A stretch of 64,000 bases of DNA from the NCBI RefSeq assembly GCF_009914755.1, contig NC_060926.1. One strand, 5' to 3'. The position numbers were made by a program, and so were the translations under genes. The DNA is from the human T2T-CHM13v2.0 reference genome, Homo sapiens. The notes under the pieces are model-generated. The model had not been told where the DNA came from. It did no database searches and saw only the letters and a program-made list of their open reading frames with translations. Below, one piece after another: positions 25,001 through 36,960 of this stretch (position 1 is its first letter; each line of letters starts with the position of its first letter).

Positions 25001-26929
25001 TTACTAAGACATAGTCATTTTTAAATAATATTAAAGTTTCGGTTTCATTTGGCTATTTTAAATTTTCATATTCATAATAAATTTGCAATTTGTATTTGCA
25101 TTTTAATAAGTAATTTTGAATTCTTTAGAAGAAAAAACTTATTGAAAAGATGATGTTTAAAAATGTTTAAATTTAATTGAATTTACATTTTTGAAAAAAT
25201 ATTTCAAATTGCATGCGCTTAAATACAGTACAACAAAATGATGCAATGATCATGCTTGCAATATAATTACTGGTTTTGCTGAAATGAAGGCAAGGAAGAT
25301 CAATATGGAATAAACATATACTTATGAATTATCTATGTATTTTCATTTATTATTAATCCAAGCATCATAACCAATTAACTAAATACCTAAATATGCAGAA
25401 AAAATGTATTTGATGTGTCTAAATATTTTGTCAATTTTCCTAACATAAAAAATACAGCTTTATAACATATCTTTCAATTGTCTTTATGAAATATATTTGT
25501 CTAAATGGGATGGAAAATATTTTATGTAACAACATACTAGCTTGATTAATAACTTTTAATATTTAGAATATAGTTACCATAATGCCTTCTGCCTCTCACC
25601 TCACAATAATACAAAGAGTGCATTTATTGAATCATCCATTCACCAACTATTATCGGCCAACTATTATGTGCCACTACTGGGACTACAGCAGTAAACAAAC
25701 AAACAAAAAAGGAAAAATTCTGTTTGCTTGGAACTTAACATTTTAGTACATTTTTTACCAAAGGAGAAAGGAGACACATTCAGACATAAAGCATAGCTTT
25801 TGTCCACTTTGTATCACACATAACTTTCTCAAGTTTTCTTTATTGGCATGATAGATTTTTGCTGAAATTAATGTGGTTTTAGAAGAATATATTCATAACC
25901 ACAGATAGATTTACCAGAAGCCTGGAGAAAAAGTTTGGCCTTAGGGGAAATGTTTAACGAGCAAATGACAGAAGAATAAAAATTTCAGTGTGGCCAATAA
26001 TATGTTATATATTTAATGAGTAGAGTTGAAAGTGGAAAGAAGCAAGGAAAATTGAAATTTAAATTGAGTTTTTGTTTTACTTTGGAGAAATATTACAGAA
26101 GCAGAATATGCTTAATTGATTTCATAACAGGTAATATACAATCACAAAATCATATCCTCTATGTCCCCATGGAAACAAAGTGATAAACAGCTGCTGTCCA
26201 CTTTACAGGCATAGAAAAGCAAGGTTAATTAGAAGTACTGTACATGCAAATTCAGTTCCATTAACGGCAAAATCAATTCAGAAAAGAGCGTTTTCACGGC
26301 ATAATTTTTTTCCTAGTTCTATTAGTATTGTGTCAGATCCATATATTTGTGATTCATTAGAGAGCTTAGAAAGTGGGATGCCTGCCAAAGCCCACCTGGA
26401 CTGGGAAGAAAATCATTTCAACTGCCTTGGCAACAGTCCTTTTTCTTTCTTTCAATGTAAAAATCATTCAGAATCCAGGTGACATTCAAGATAACCCAAA
26501 GTCACACTAAACAATAAAAGCATATAGACAGTAGTCGGTCTTCCTCCCACCACAAATAAGTAATAAAATCCTTAAATCACAAGCTTAATCCAGATTTTTC
26601 ATATTTATCTTAAACTTAGGGAGTGTCTGTACCTTTCCTTTCACAAATAAGGATGACAACTGAGTAATGCATTTACTTTAAGATGACGTTTAGGGCTCAA
26701 TTACCTGTGTGCCCCAAAGTATGGAAACAATCTTCAGTGAGTATTATGATTCCTTTATAGTGCATGGGGTTTACAGCACAAGCTGTTTTTCATCTTCAGA
26801 TGTTTCTCCTGATACTTGTTCTGTTCATGCTTTGTGGATTGCAGTTACCACTCATAGTCAATATGAGCCCAAATTGATTTTTTTCTGTCTGAAAATCTTA
26901 ACTCCAGAACTCCAGTATATTCTATAGTC

Positions 26930-27900
26930 TTTCTCCCTTTTTAGTAGTAGCCAATAACCAGAAGCTGGGATGAATTCTCCCTATGTACATTTGCTACCTA
27001 TTTACAGAAATAATTTATACCTTTTTCCTGTTTTAAAAGATACACGAATAGTATTACATTCTACTTATTCTTTTGTAACTTACTTAAAAAAATATATCTA
27101 TGTATTTACCACTTGTTTTATTTTTGTTGTACCGTGTTCTTTTCAATAGGAATTGCTAGGTTGTAGAATAAGCAGTTTTTCAATTATAAAACATGTTGCT
27201 AAATGGCTCTACAAAGTGTTCTCATCACAGCACTCTGGAAGAGTATTTATTTCTTCACGTACTTGCTAAAAACTCTGGTGAGAATTTTTAATTCCTGCCA
27301 AAGTAATATTTAAGAAATGATGTCTCATTTTTTATTTGATTTTCAATTCTCAGATTTCTTGTGAAGATGTGTTGATAGTTATTGGTTTCCTCTTCTGAGA
27401 AGTTCCTGTTCATATTCTTTGACCATTTATAAAATTTGGTTTTCTGGTCTGTCTTATTCTTGTTTCAAGAATAATTATTTTTTATTCTGGACAAAACCCT
27501 TTATTGGTTTTATGACTTAATAACTTCTCCAAACATATGTCTTGACATTTTAGTTGGTTTAGAGTAGTTTACTTGTCTTGTGGCGATTAATATTGAGGTA
27601 AATAACTGTATCAATCCTCTTTATGATTTATGCATTTTACGTCTTATTTTAAAAATTCTACCTACCATAATGTGATAATGTAATTCTACATTTTCTCCTG
27701 AAATCTTACTTTTAAGTCTTTATCTTTGACATCTTCGTCTTTGTCTTCTGTTTTAAGCATTTTAAAGTTCTTTTGGCTATTTTTGTACCTTTTACATCTT
27801 CCATGTGCGGTCTAACATTGGCTTACCATTTTCTTTGGAAAAAAAAATTAACTAGTAGTTCATTGGATGAATAAATTAATTTTGAAAGAATATTGGTGAT
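26930..27900 (-). mobile_element. Ancient L1M-type fragment(s)
   Basis: T-rich degenerate antisense L1 phrases (ggaattgctaggttgtag, tttcctcttctgagaagttcctgttcatattctttgaccattt); boundaries approximate. Confidence 0.55.
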
Positions 27901-27987
27901 AGACAAGAAGAGCTTGAATTCAGTGACCAGATAGATGCATTCACCAGAGCTGGGAGAAAGGTAGCTTATCTATAAAGACAGAAGTCA

Positions 27988-28231
<244 letters not shown>

Positions 28232-28255
28232 GAATAGAGGTAATGGCTGCGCTAA

Positions 28256-28413
28256 CAATAATCTTGATGGACATGTACTGCAGTCACACCAGATGCTGTG
28301 CTCAGAGGAGACCTGTGCTTAGCTCAACTATCTGTTGTCGCCATCTTGAAACTTTAACAAGGAGCCTACTTTTTCATTTTATACTGGGTTCCAGTATCTT
28401 ACAGCCAATCCTA
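28256..28413 (+). mobile_element. MER45A-like hAT-Tip100 relic
   Basis: gcagtcacac...tgctcagagg...tgtcgccatcttgaaa...ttttcattttatactggg...cagccaatcct. Confidence 0.65.
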
Positions 28414-30257
28414 GCAAGTATATGGGTACAGTTGCAAAACATGGACAGATAGTGTAGCTGGTGTATATGAAAGTTCTCTTCTGTTGGCTTTTATATCTTT
28501 CAAAAAAATGGGGAAGTAAAGGTCGTTTGTCTCCCTGTGCTGCATTCTAGGTTATTTTCCTAGGTCTCATATTCAATTAATTATTTCTTTCTGTGCCTTA
28601 TCTGAAATTTGAGTGGATCAATACATTTATAATTATAATACCTATATTTTAATTTTAGAAGTCCTACTTAATTCCTTTTCAAAACTGACTTTTCTATGAA
28701 TTTGGTGCTTTGGGCTTAATGATTTTAGTTTCTTGTTTTGTCTTTAATAACTCTATATACATTATTTTTCTACTCTTTTCTAAATATGGTTTTTCTATTT
28801 TTTGAAGTTCTTAAGACTATTGGCTATGTCTGCCAATAATTACTTATGATGCTAATAATTTGGAAATGTACTCAGCTTCACAGTGAAATTATTTCTGAAA
28901 ATTCTGTCTTGGATTATGTATCTTTTCAGAGATTATGCATTTTTATATATTAGATATCCCAAATGACTGCTATTAGCCCACACGGGAACATTTTGCTATC
29001 ATTTCTACAGACAATGCATTTCATATAATTGTCATAATGTACTAAAACAAAACAACTTACTGCCAAAACTGAAAAAAAATGTAATAGAAAAAGTACAACT
29101 ATAATGTCAAAGTTATGACTCACTTCTCTTGAAAGTAATACCATTGTGCAATGCAAAGTCTGCACAAAATTTTATAAAGTTGTGGTCTTACCTGTTTTTA
29201 GGTTTTTTAATGAAACCAGCTTCTAAGCTTATTTTCCCCTCCTACTGGCATTTCTAAACCATTGGAATTGTGCAAATTTGACCATGAACTCACCTAAGAA
29301 ACATACTCATTGCTGTGAATTATCAAAGGAAACTTGTTTTTTGGCTCTAACCACAGCAAATAGTCATCTGATCTACTTCTGTAGGTGAATAGAGATTTCC
29401 CTAGACTTCCTTTTCAGTAATTGTGTAACCTTTTTGTAGAGTCTCAGTATTTTGCAGTTGCGTCAGTTCTAACTTCCTGTGTCATATAGACTCAAAACGT
29501 ATTTCCTGTCCACATGAGTATGTGAAACCAAACTTAATAGCCAGACATAGCCGCAAGACCAGCTCACTATTTCCATTTTATCCCTCATTTTGTTTTCTTC
29601 CCCTGACCCTGAGGATTTTACATTTTTTCCTATAAACATAGCAATACATTTTATCAGAAAAGTTATATTTCTAGTCAGCACTTCGAGGCATTTGTAGCAT
29701 AAAAGTTTAGTATTAATTTATTCTACCAACATTAATTTATTGCTTCCATTACAAAAATTTTAATTACATTCCATTAACTCAGGAATTTAAATTTTCTCTT
29801 CGAAACAAGAGGCTACAACCACCAGGCAAAAGTTTTTGAATACTAGCCCACTGTTAAAATATTTATAATATTTTTCACGTCCTTACTCCAACACATTTGT
29901 TTTTACTCTCAATAGAGGATTTTATTTTGTTTTGGGAGAAATAGGAGACAGCTAGATAGATAATGTGCTACCAAACTTCCTATTCCTCACCAGCAATCTT
30001 TTCTCTATCCATACCTTTTTGTCTCAGTTGTATGGTTCATGGTTGAGTTGACGCAAACAGAATATACTGTAAGTAGTTTAAGGGTAAATGTATTTATTAC
30101 AGTGTTCTAAATGGATTATAAATTATTGAGAGGGCTTAAGAAAGAGACATATAAATATCTAATAGCAGAACTGTGCTGCCAGCTTATCAGCAGCTCTTCC
30201 CAGAATAAGGAACTTATGTGTTCATTGATAAGTTGTCTTCATAGCTGTTGTCTCCAA

Positions 30258-30262
30258 ACACA

Positions 30263-30296
<34 letters not shown>
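30258..30296. repeat. (CA)n microsatellite
   Basis: ~19 CA units with one CT interruption. Confidence 0.95.
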
Positions 30297-30298
<2 letters not shown>

Positions 30299-30559
30299 CT
30301 ACTATTACACCTGCTGGGTTCAGAACCATGCTGCCTCTTTTATAGTACTGACCACCAATTAGAGAACCATGCACTGTGCTTCTCTTGTCAATCAATAATC
30401 TCAGTTGTAATTCCAAGTCTCGTGTGAGCTCATTTGATTATGGAACCTGAAACACATTTGGAATTCTAGCTATGAGATAATCTGGAATTTGTTTTAAGCT
30501 TTCCTGTCTCTGCAACATAGAAAGAAATACTAAAAGAAAGCTGGGATAAATATTGAACA

Positions 30560-31400
30560 TTTTCCACTCACACTACTCTTGGAAGTTCCTCTTTCCAAGG
30601 TTTTCATATTTATTAAGTCAAATGGACAGTTTTCAATGACTATCTTGCCCTCCAGAATTTGACCTCTTCACATAACTTGAGATTAGTCACTGTTTCTTTC
30701 TAAAAAATTTCACCTGATTGCCTGTCTCTGCCTTAGTCTTATTTCAAGTTCTTCTTTCTCTGCCCATCTATCAGTTGGGATTTTTCCCAAGTGTTCATAT
30801 ACTTCTTTCAGCTAATCTGAAGACTACATCTAATTTATTTCTCTTAGCTGTTGGTATCAAATAATCATACCTGTATTGAATTACAAATATTGTTTTTCTA
30901 ATACTTCCAAACATAGATACTATTATATAATTACCTATGGCATATACCCCTTGGATATTACAAAGACATATAAAGCTGAACTACAACCCTGATTGTCTAA
31001 ATCTATGATTTTTGTTGATATCCTAGTAGTTTTTCTTAATTTCTTATTTCCCGTAGGTCCTGTGGGTTATAGCTCATGAATAGTTTTTCAATCTTTTCCA
31101 TCTCTTCTATTCTCACAGCTACCACCTTGGTTCTTCATTTGTTATTCAGCAGTCACTATAGTGGTCTCCCTAGCTGCAATCTTGGCTTCTAATCTAGCTT
31201 TCAAATTGATGTCAATATGATGCTTTAAAAACAAAATTCCAATCATGTCACTCTGTATGTAAAATTTGATGCATCAATTTACAAATATCTATCAAGCATT
31301 TACCATGTTCCAAGCATAATACAAAATAGGCATAGTTCTAGTCATCTCAGAGTTTATCATCGAAAATACTGATTCGACTGGTCTACCTAGCATATGATAC
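30560..31400 (-). mobile_element. L2 LINE fragments
   Basis: aagtcaaatggacagttttca...ttgacctct...; accaccttggttc...tagtggtctccct...aatcatgtcactct; boundaries approximate. Confidence 0.55.
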
Positions 31401-32084
31401 CAAGAATGAATTATTTACTTAACAATTCTCTCCCATATATGACAAAATTATTTTCAATAATGACCACGAAGTTAAATTATACATAATACTTGAGGCATTA
31501 GATATGCCAAACAAAATAACAAATATTCAGTAATTAATAAGTGAATTTTAATACAACTGGAATTTCTGCAAAACAATTTAAGTTATATTAAATAACTGCC
31601 ATTTTATTTATCTGTTATTTAGTTTTCCAGTAATCAATTAACAGTTATAAAAAAGAATGCATTTCAGTTTTAACTATGTATTTTTAAATTAGGTAATATT
31701 TTTCATACATGGGATAAAATTTGCACTTACCTAAAATATTGTTCCTCCCAGTTCAGACTCTGTTTCAATGTTTAAAAATTTAAATGCATGCATGCACACA
31801 AACTCCAAGTGAGCAAATAGAATAACAAAATTCAAATAATGTAAATTTTGTTTCCCCCTCTTAGAAACTTTTCTTTCATATTTATTTTGAGTTTACTCTT
31901 TAAATGCAGGAATCGGCGGTTCTCCAGGGGTCGGAGACCAAATGGCACAGAAGGGGAACTAAAATGATTCAAGATTGTTGTGAATTGGGTGTTCTGTATG
32001 ATTAGGAGTTCTCAGAATTAACTTCCATGTAGAAAACATGGAAGTTTACTAAAGGGTACCTAGCAAAGTTGAGCTATTTGAAGC

Positions 32085-33189
32085 TTACTATTCCTATTTG
32101 TTGATAACATAACAAACCGCTATTAGCGAGTGGTTTAAAACAATGACTATCTTTTATTTCGTTTGCAAACCTGCAATACCAGTAGGCTCAGTGAAAACAG
32201 TCTGTGTCTGTTCCATGTGAAATCAACTGGGGAAACTAGGGAAACTAGGTGCTGGCATCTGAGAAGTCATTCACTCAGCAATCTACCAGTTGATTCTTGC
32301 TCTCATCTGGAACTTAAGCTGAGAATGAATCAAAGAGAAATAGCACTGGGTTGAGTTAAACAGGTGAAGAAGACTTTATTCAAGACTATTGTAGTAGGGA
32401 TCAAGCCTATTACAATACGGAGAGAGACTGAATTCAACTCCACTGAAAACAAAAGTCAGGAGAGTCTTAAGCACTGGGGCTAGCTAAGGAAACAGTGGTG
32501 GATAATGTTAGGGCGGAGGTTGGTCAATGTGATTAGCCATCTGTGTTTGCTAATTGGTATTTATCAAAGTTAGGCTCCTACCTAAGTAATCATCAAGAAA
32601 GATACTACCCCATCTCTCATAGAGACTGGGAGATGGGCTAATTTTTTGTTGATGATTACATTTCAATGGTTTAGCTCTCAGGTCCTTGGGAAAGACTTCT
32701 CAGGACTGCAAAACTGTCAAGAGGCTGGGAACCGATGGATATTTCAAAGGGGCAAATAAGTAATTTACAATTGCAAGTTTTCTAAAGTTAATGCTCTAAG
32801 AACAAGAAGATTAGGGGCTCACAGTTAGTAAGAAAACTGTATAATGCTTTGTCAAAATGAGGGGAACATGAGTGTTTTAAGTCTATCTTGGTCAAGTGCC
32901 ATCAGGAACATCTACATGTGTCCTCTGAAAATGACTGCTTGGCTTCCTCGCAGTAAGGGTGGCTGGGGGTCAAAAGCAAACATTCCCTTTCAAGAAGGAG
33001 TTTCTATGACTTAACCTCAAAAGTCATATTGAGCATCTCTTCTGCTGCATTGTGTTTATTGAGACAGTTAACAAAAGTCTATCCGAGGAAAAGTAGAGAG
33101 GAAGAAGTTTACACTTCTTGATAGGAGAGTGACAAAATTCTGGAAAAGCATATTATTACATCTGTTTTTGGAAAATACAATCTGCCACC
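32085..33189 (-). mobile_element. MLT1 (G/H-like) MaLR LTR split by a nested ERV1 LTR
   Basis: taacaaacc...agtggtttaaaacaa (32085-32325); resumes at 32895 with tggcttcctcgcag...ttctatgacttaacctcaaaagtca...aaaatacaatctgccac. Confidence 0.7.
32326..32894 (-). mobile_element. ERV1 solo LTR (MER67/MER31-group-like) nested in MLT1
   Basis: Minus strand starts TGACCAAGA...TTAGAGCATTAACTTTAGAAAACTTGCAATTGTAAAT, has AATAAA near its end and ends TTCA. Confidence 0.72.
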
Positions 33190-33329
33190 CTGGCACACAT
33201 ATTATTAAATATCAACAATAAGTGTAGAAATTGTTTGCAACTACACCAACATTTTTTTTAGGAGTATTATCACTGACATAGTTTAGAATTGCTGATGCCT
33301 AATAAAGAAATGCCAACTAAGTTGATTTT

Positions 33330-33693
33330 TGTATTAGTACCTTTTCATACCGCTATGAAGAAATACCCTAGGCTGGGTAATTTATACAGAAAAAGAGGTT
33401 TAATGGACTCACAATTCCACATGGCTGGGGAGACCTTACAGTCATGATGAAAGGCAAAGGAGGAGCAAAGGCATGCCTTACATGTTGGCAGGCAAGAGAG
33501 TGAGTGCAGGGGAACTGCCCTTTATAAAGCCATCAGATTTCCTGAGAGTTATTCACTATCAGGAGAACAGCATGGGAAAAACCCACCCCCATGATTCAAT
33601 TACCTCACACTGGGTCCCTCCCTTGATACATGGGGATTATGGGAGCTACAACTCAAGATGAGATTTGGGTGGGGACACAGCTAAACCATATCA
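33330..33693 (-). mobile_element. THE1 (B/C-like) MaLR 3' LTR
   Basis: tgtattagt...ctgggtaatttata...gagatttgggtggggacacagctaaaccatatca; 364 bp. Confidence 0.93.
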
Positions 33694-35038
33694 GTCTGCC
33701 CCAGCCCCTCCCAAATCTTATGTCCTCACATGTCAAAACCAATGATGCCTTCCCAACAGTCCCCAAAAGTCTTAACTCATTTCAGTATTAACCCAAAAGC
33801 CCAGGTCCAAAGTCTCATTTGAGACAAGGCAAGTCCTTTCTGGCTATGAGCCTGTAAAATCAAAGCAAGTTAGTTACTTCCTAAATATAATGGGGGTACA
33901 GGCATTGGGTAAATACACCCATTCTAAAGGGGAGAAATTGGCCAAAACAAAGGGGCTACAGGCCCCATGCAAATCCAAAACCCAGCAGGGTAGTCATTAA
34001 ACCTTAAAGTTTCCAAATGATCTCCTTTGACTCCATGTCTCACATCCAGATCACACTGATAAAAGAGACGGATTCCCACGGCTTTGAGCAGCCTCACCCT
34101 TGTGGCTTTTCAGGATACAGCCCTCCTCCCAGTTGCTTTCACAGGCTTGCTTTGAGTGTCTGTGGCTTTTGCAAGCTCACAGGGCAAGCTATTGGTGGAT
34201 CTACTGTTCTGGAGTCTGGAGGACAGGGGCCCTCTTCTCACAGCTCCATTAGGCAGTGCCTCAGTGGAGACTCTCTGTTACTGGGAGTAAGTGTAACACA
34301 GAGACTCTGCGTGGGTGACTCCAACCCTACATTTGCCTTTTGCACTACCCTAGCAGAGGTTTTCCATGAGGGCTCCACGCATGCAGCAAACTTCAGCCTG
34401 AACATCCATGCATTTCCCTACATCTATTGAAATGTAGCTGGAGGTTCCCAAACCTTAATTATTGTCTTCTGTGCACCTGCAGGGCCAACACCACATGGAA
34501 AATGCCAAGACTTGGGGATTTCACCATCTGAAACATGGCCTGAGCTATATGTTGGCCTCTTTTAGCCACAGTTGGGATGCAAGGCACCAAGTCCTGAGAC
34601 TGCTCAAAGCAGCAAGGCCCTGGGCCTCACCTATGAAACCATTTTTACCTCCTAAGCCTTGGTGCCTATTATAGGAGGGGCTGCTGTGAAGACCTCTGAC
34701 TTGCCCTGGAGACATTTCCTCTTTGCCTTGATGATTAACATTTGGCTCCTCGTTACTTGTGCAAATTTCTGCAGCAGGTTTGAATTTTTTCCCCTGAAGA
34801 TGGGTTTTTCTTTTATATTGTATCATCTGGTTGCAAATTTTCAAAACTTATGCTCTGCTTCTCTTTTAAACATACGTTTTAATTTCAGATTATCTCTCTC
34901 AAGTTCAAAGTTCCCCAGATCTCTAAGGCAGGGACAAAATGCTGCCACTCTCTTTGCTAAAGCATAGCAAGAGTGACTTTTGCTCCAGTTCCCAATAACT
35001 TCCTCATCTCCATCTGAGACCACCTCAGCTGGACTTCA
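33694..35038 (-). mobile_element. THE1 internal region, 5'-truncated (no second LTR)
   Basis: cccctcccaaatct...cagtccccaaaagtcttaactc...tgagaccacctcagctggacttca, then unrelated sequence. Confidence 0.9.
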
Positions 35039-35855
35039 GACACTATCCTTTTCAAAATGGCTGTGGGCAAGTGGGAATCTGTAGTTTTGTTCACCACGTG
35101 TTTTTGTGTTTACCAGTTTTGCTAGGTAAGCACAGCTTACATAGGACAGTAATCTTATGATTTATGGAGGGAAATCAGTTACCATTCTATTTGGAGAAAG
35201 CTTTCATGTTCTTCAAATAATTATCCAATTATCTTTATATAGGCTCTTCTATAGAGACAGTAAATCTGGAATGCTTAATCTTTCATCACTGTTCTAATTA
35301 TTTAGTATTTTAGATTCTATTTAATCAGTCTGTTTACTGGAACTTTTAACTGAATATCTTCTTTTTTATTTGTTTTTTTTACATCTCATAAAGGCACATA
35401 GAGCATGTATTACACAGAATGATTTTTTAACACTTCCTACATGCAATAGCTTGGGTTATACACTTAAATAACTTGCTTATTTGTGAAATTCCTGTGACAC
35501 ATACTGAATGAAACTTTTTTATTTGTTCTCCCCAGAATGTTTTCAACTGCCCTTGTGCACGACTAAACATTTTCCATCTGTGATTTGCTCAGTTTGTTTT
35601 TCATGTTGTTACTAGATTTCCTGTTTTATTTATTGTTTCTGAATCAGTGAACCAAGGTTACCCACTTTCCAAGGGAGGAGATCCTTGGAGTCTGAATCCA
35701 TATGCTCCTTTTAACATCTTCAGGTTATTAATGAAGACATTTGATAGATATTAGGTATAGTAACAATGGCGCATAAACTATAGCACTTATGTCTACACAA
35801 TCAGGTAAAATATTAGTTAAAGACATAAGTCAATCCCTATATGTAACTTGAAATC

Positions 35856-36590
35856 TGTATTAAGGTTATCCAGAGAAACAGAGCCAATAGAATATACGTG
35901 TATATATCAGTATTTATCACTGACATTGTTTAGAATTGCCAGTGCCTAATAAAGAGCAACTAAGTATATATATACGTATATATACATATATATACGTATA
36001 TATATACATATATAAAAAACTAAGTATATCTATTTTATATACACACATACCAAGTATAACTAAGTATACTTATGTATATAAAAGAAAATTTATTATGTGA
36101 ATTGGCTCATATGACTATATAGGCCAAGAAGTCCACAATATGCTACCTACAAACTGGAGAATCAGAAAAGTCAGTGTTGTAATTCAATCTGGGTCTGAAG
36201 GCCTGAGAACTGGGAGCTCACAGTATAATTCCCAGTCCAAGGCCAAAGGCCTGAGAACCAGAGGTAGTGGGGGCAGCTGGTATAAATCTCAGAGTTTGAA
36301 AGCCCAAGAATCAGGAACTCTAATATCTGAAGTCAGAAGAAGATGGATACCCCAGCTCAAGAAAACAGAGAATTTGCCCTTACTGCCACTTTTTATACTA
36401 TTTGGGCCCTCATCAGATTGTATAAGGCCCACCCACATTGGTGCAGGTGGAACTTTGTTATTCAGTCTACCGATTCCAATGCTAATCTCTTCCAGAAACA
36501 CCCTCTCAGGCACACCAAGAAATAATGTTTTATCAACTATTTGGAGGTTCTTTAACCTAGTTAAACAGACACATAAAATTAGCTATCACC
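35856..36590 (-). mobile_element. MLT2 (ERVL) LTR with internal TA-rich microsatellite
   Basis: tgtattaaggttatccagagaaacagagccaatag...gaattggctcat...gctaatctcttccagaaacaccctc...acacataaaattagctatcac. Confidence 0.88.
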
Positions 36591-36619
36591 ATACCAATAA
36601 ATCAATTTGGTCATCAAAG

Positions 36620-36960
36620 AAGCAAAACTCAAAGGAGTAGACATTCAAAAGATTAACTGAGGAATCACCAATGAAGGATAAGTTAAAGAGAGCAGGGGGA
36701 GGCAAGAAAAGCATTCAGACCATGAGGCAGGTCTAACACCTATGCAAGGAGAAAAAGTAGGGAAAATTGAAGAGCCAGAGCTTCAGACCACAGCATATTT
36801 CTGACATTAGCCACTGACTGCTGGGGAAATGTCTGAGGAAACGTTGCCTGTTCAAAGAACCTTGTACTAAGCAAGTATCTTAATTCTAGGGTTCTAGACC
36901 CACACTGTACTCACTGTCTGAGAGCAGTCTGGAATGCCTCATGGATGAAAAAGTACAGTA
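36620..36960 (-). mobile_element. LTR16-family-like (ERVL) fragment
   Basis: gcattcagaccatgaggcaggtctaacacctatgcaaggag...cttcagaccacagc; boundaries approximate. Confidence 0.5.

Noticed and set aside
34017-36640. ORFs of 99-166 aa
   Set aside because: They lie in THE1-int and MLT2 repeats and have no recognisable host domain.
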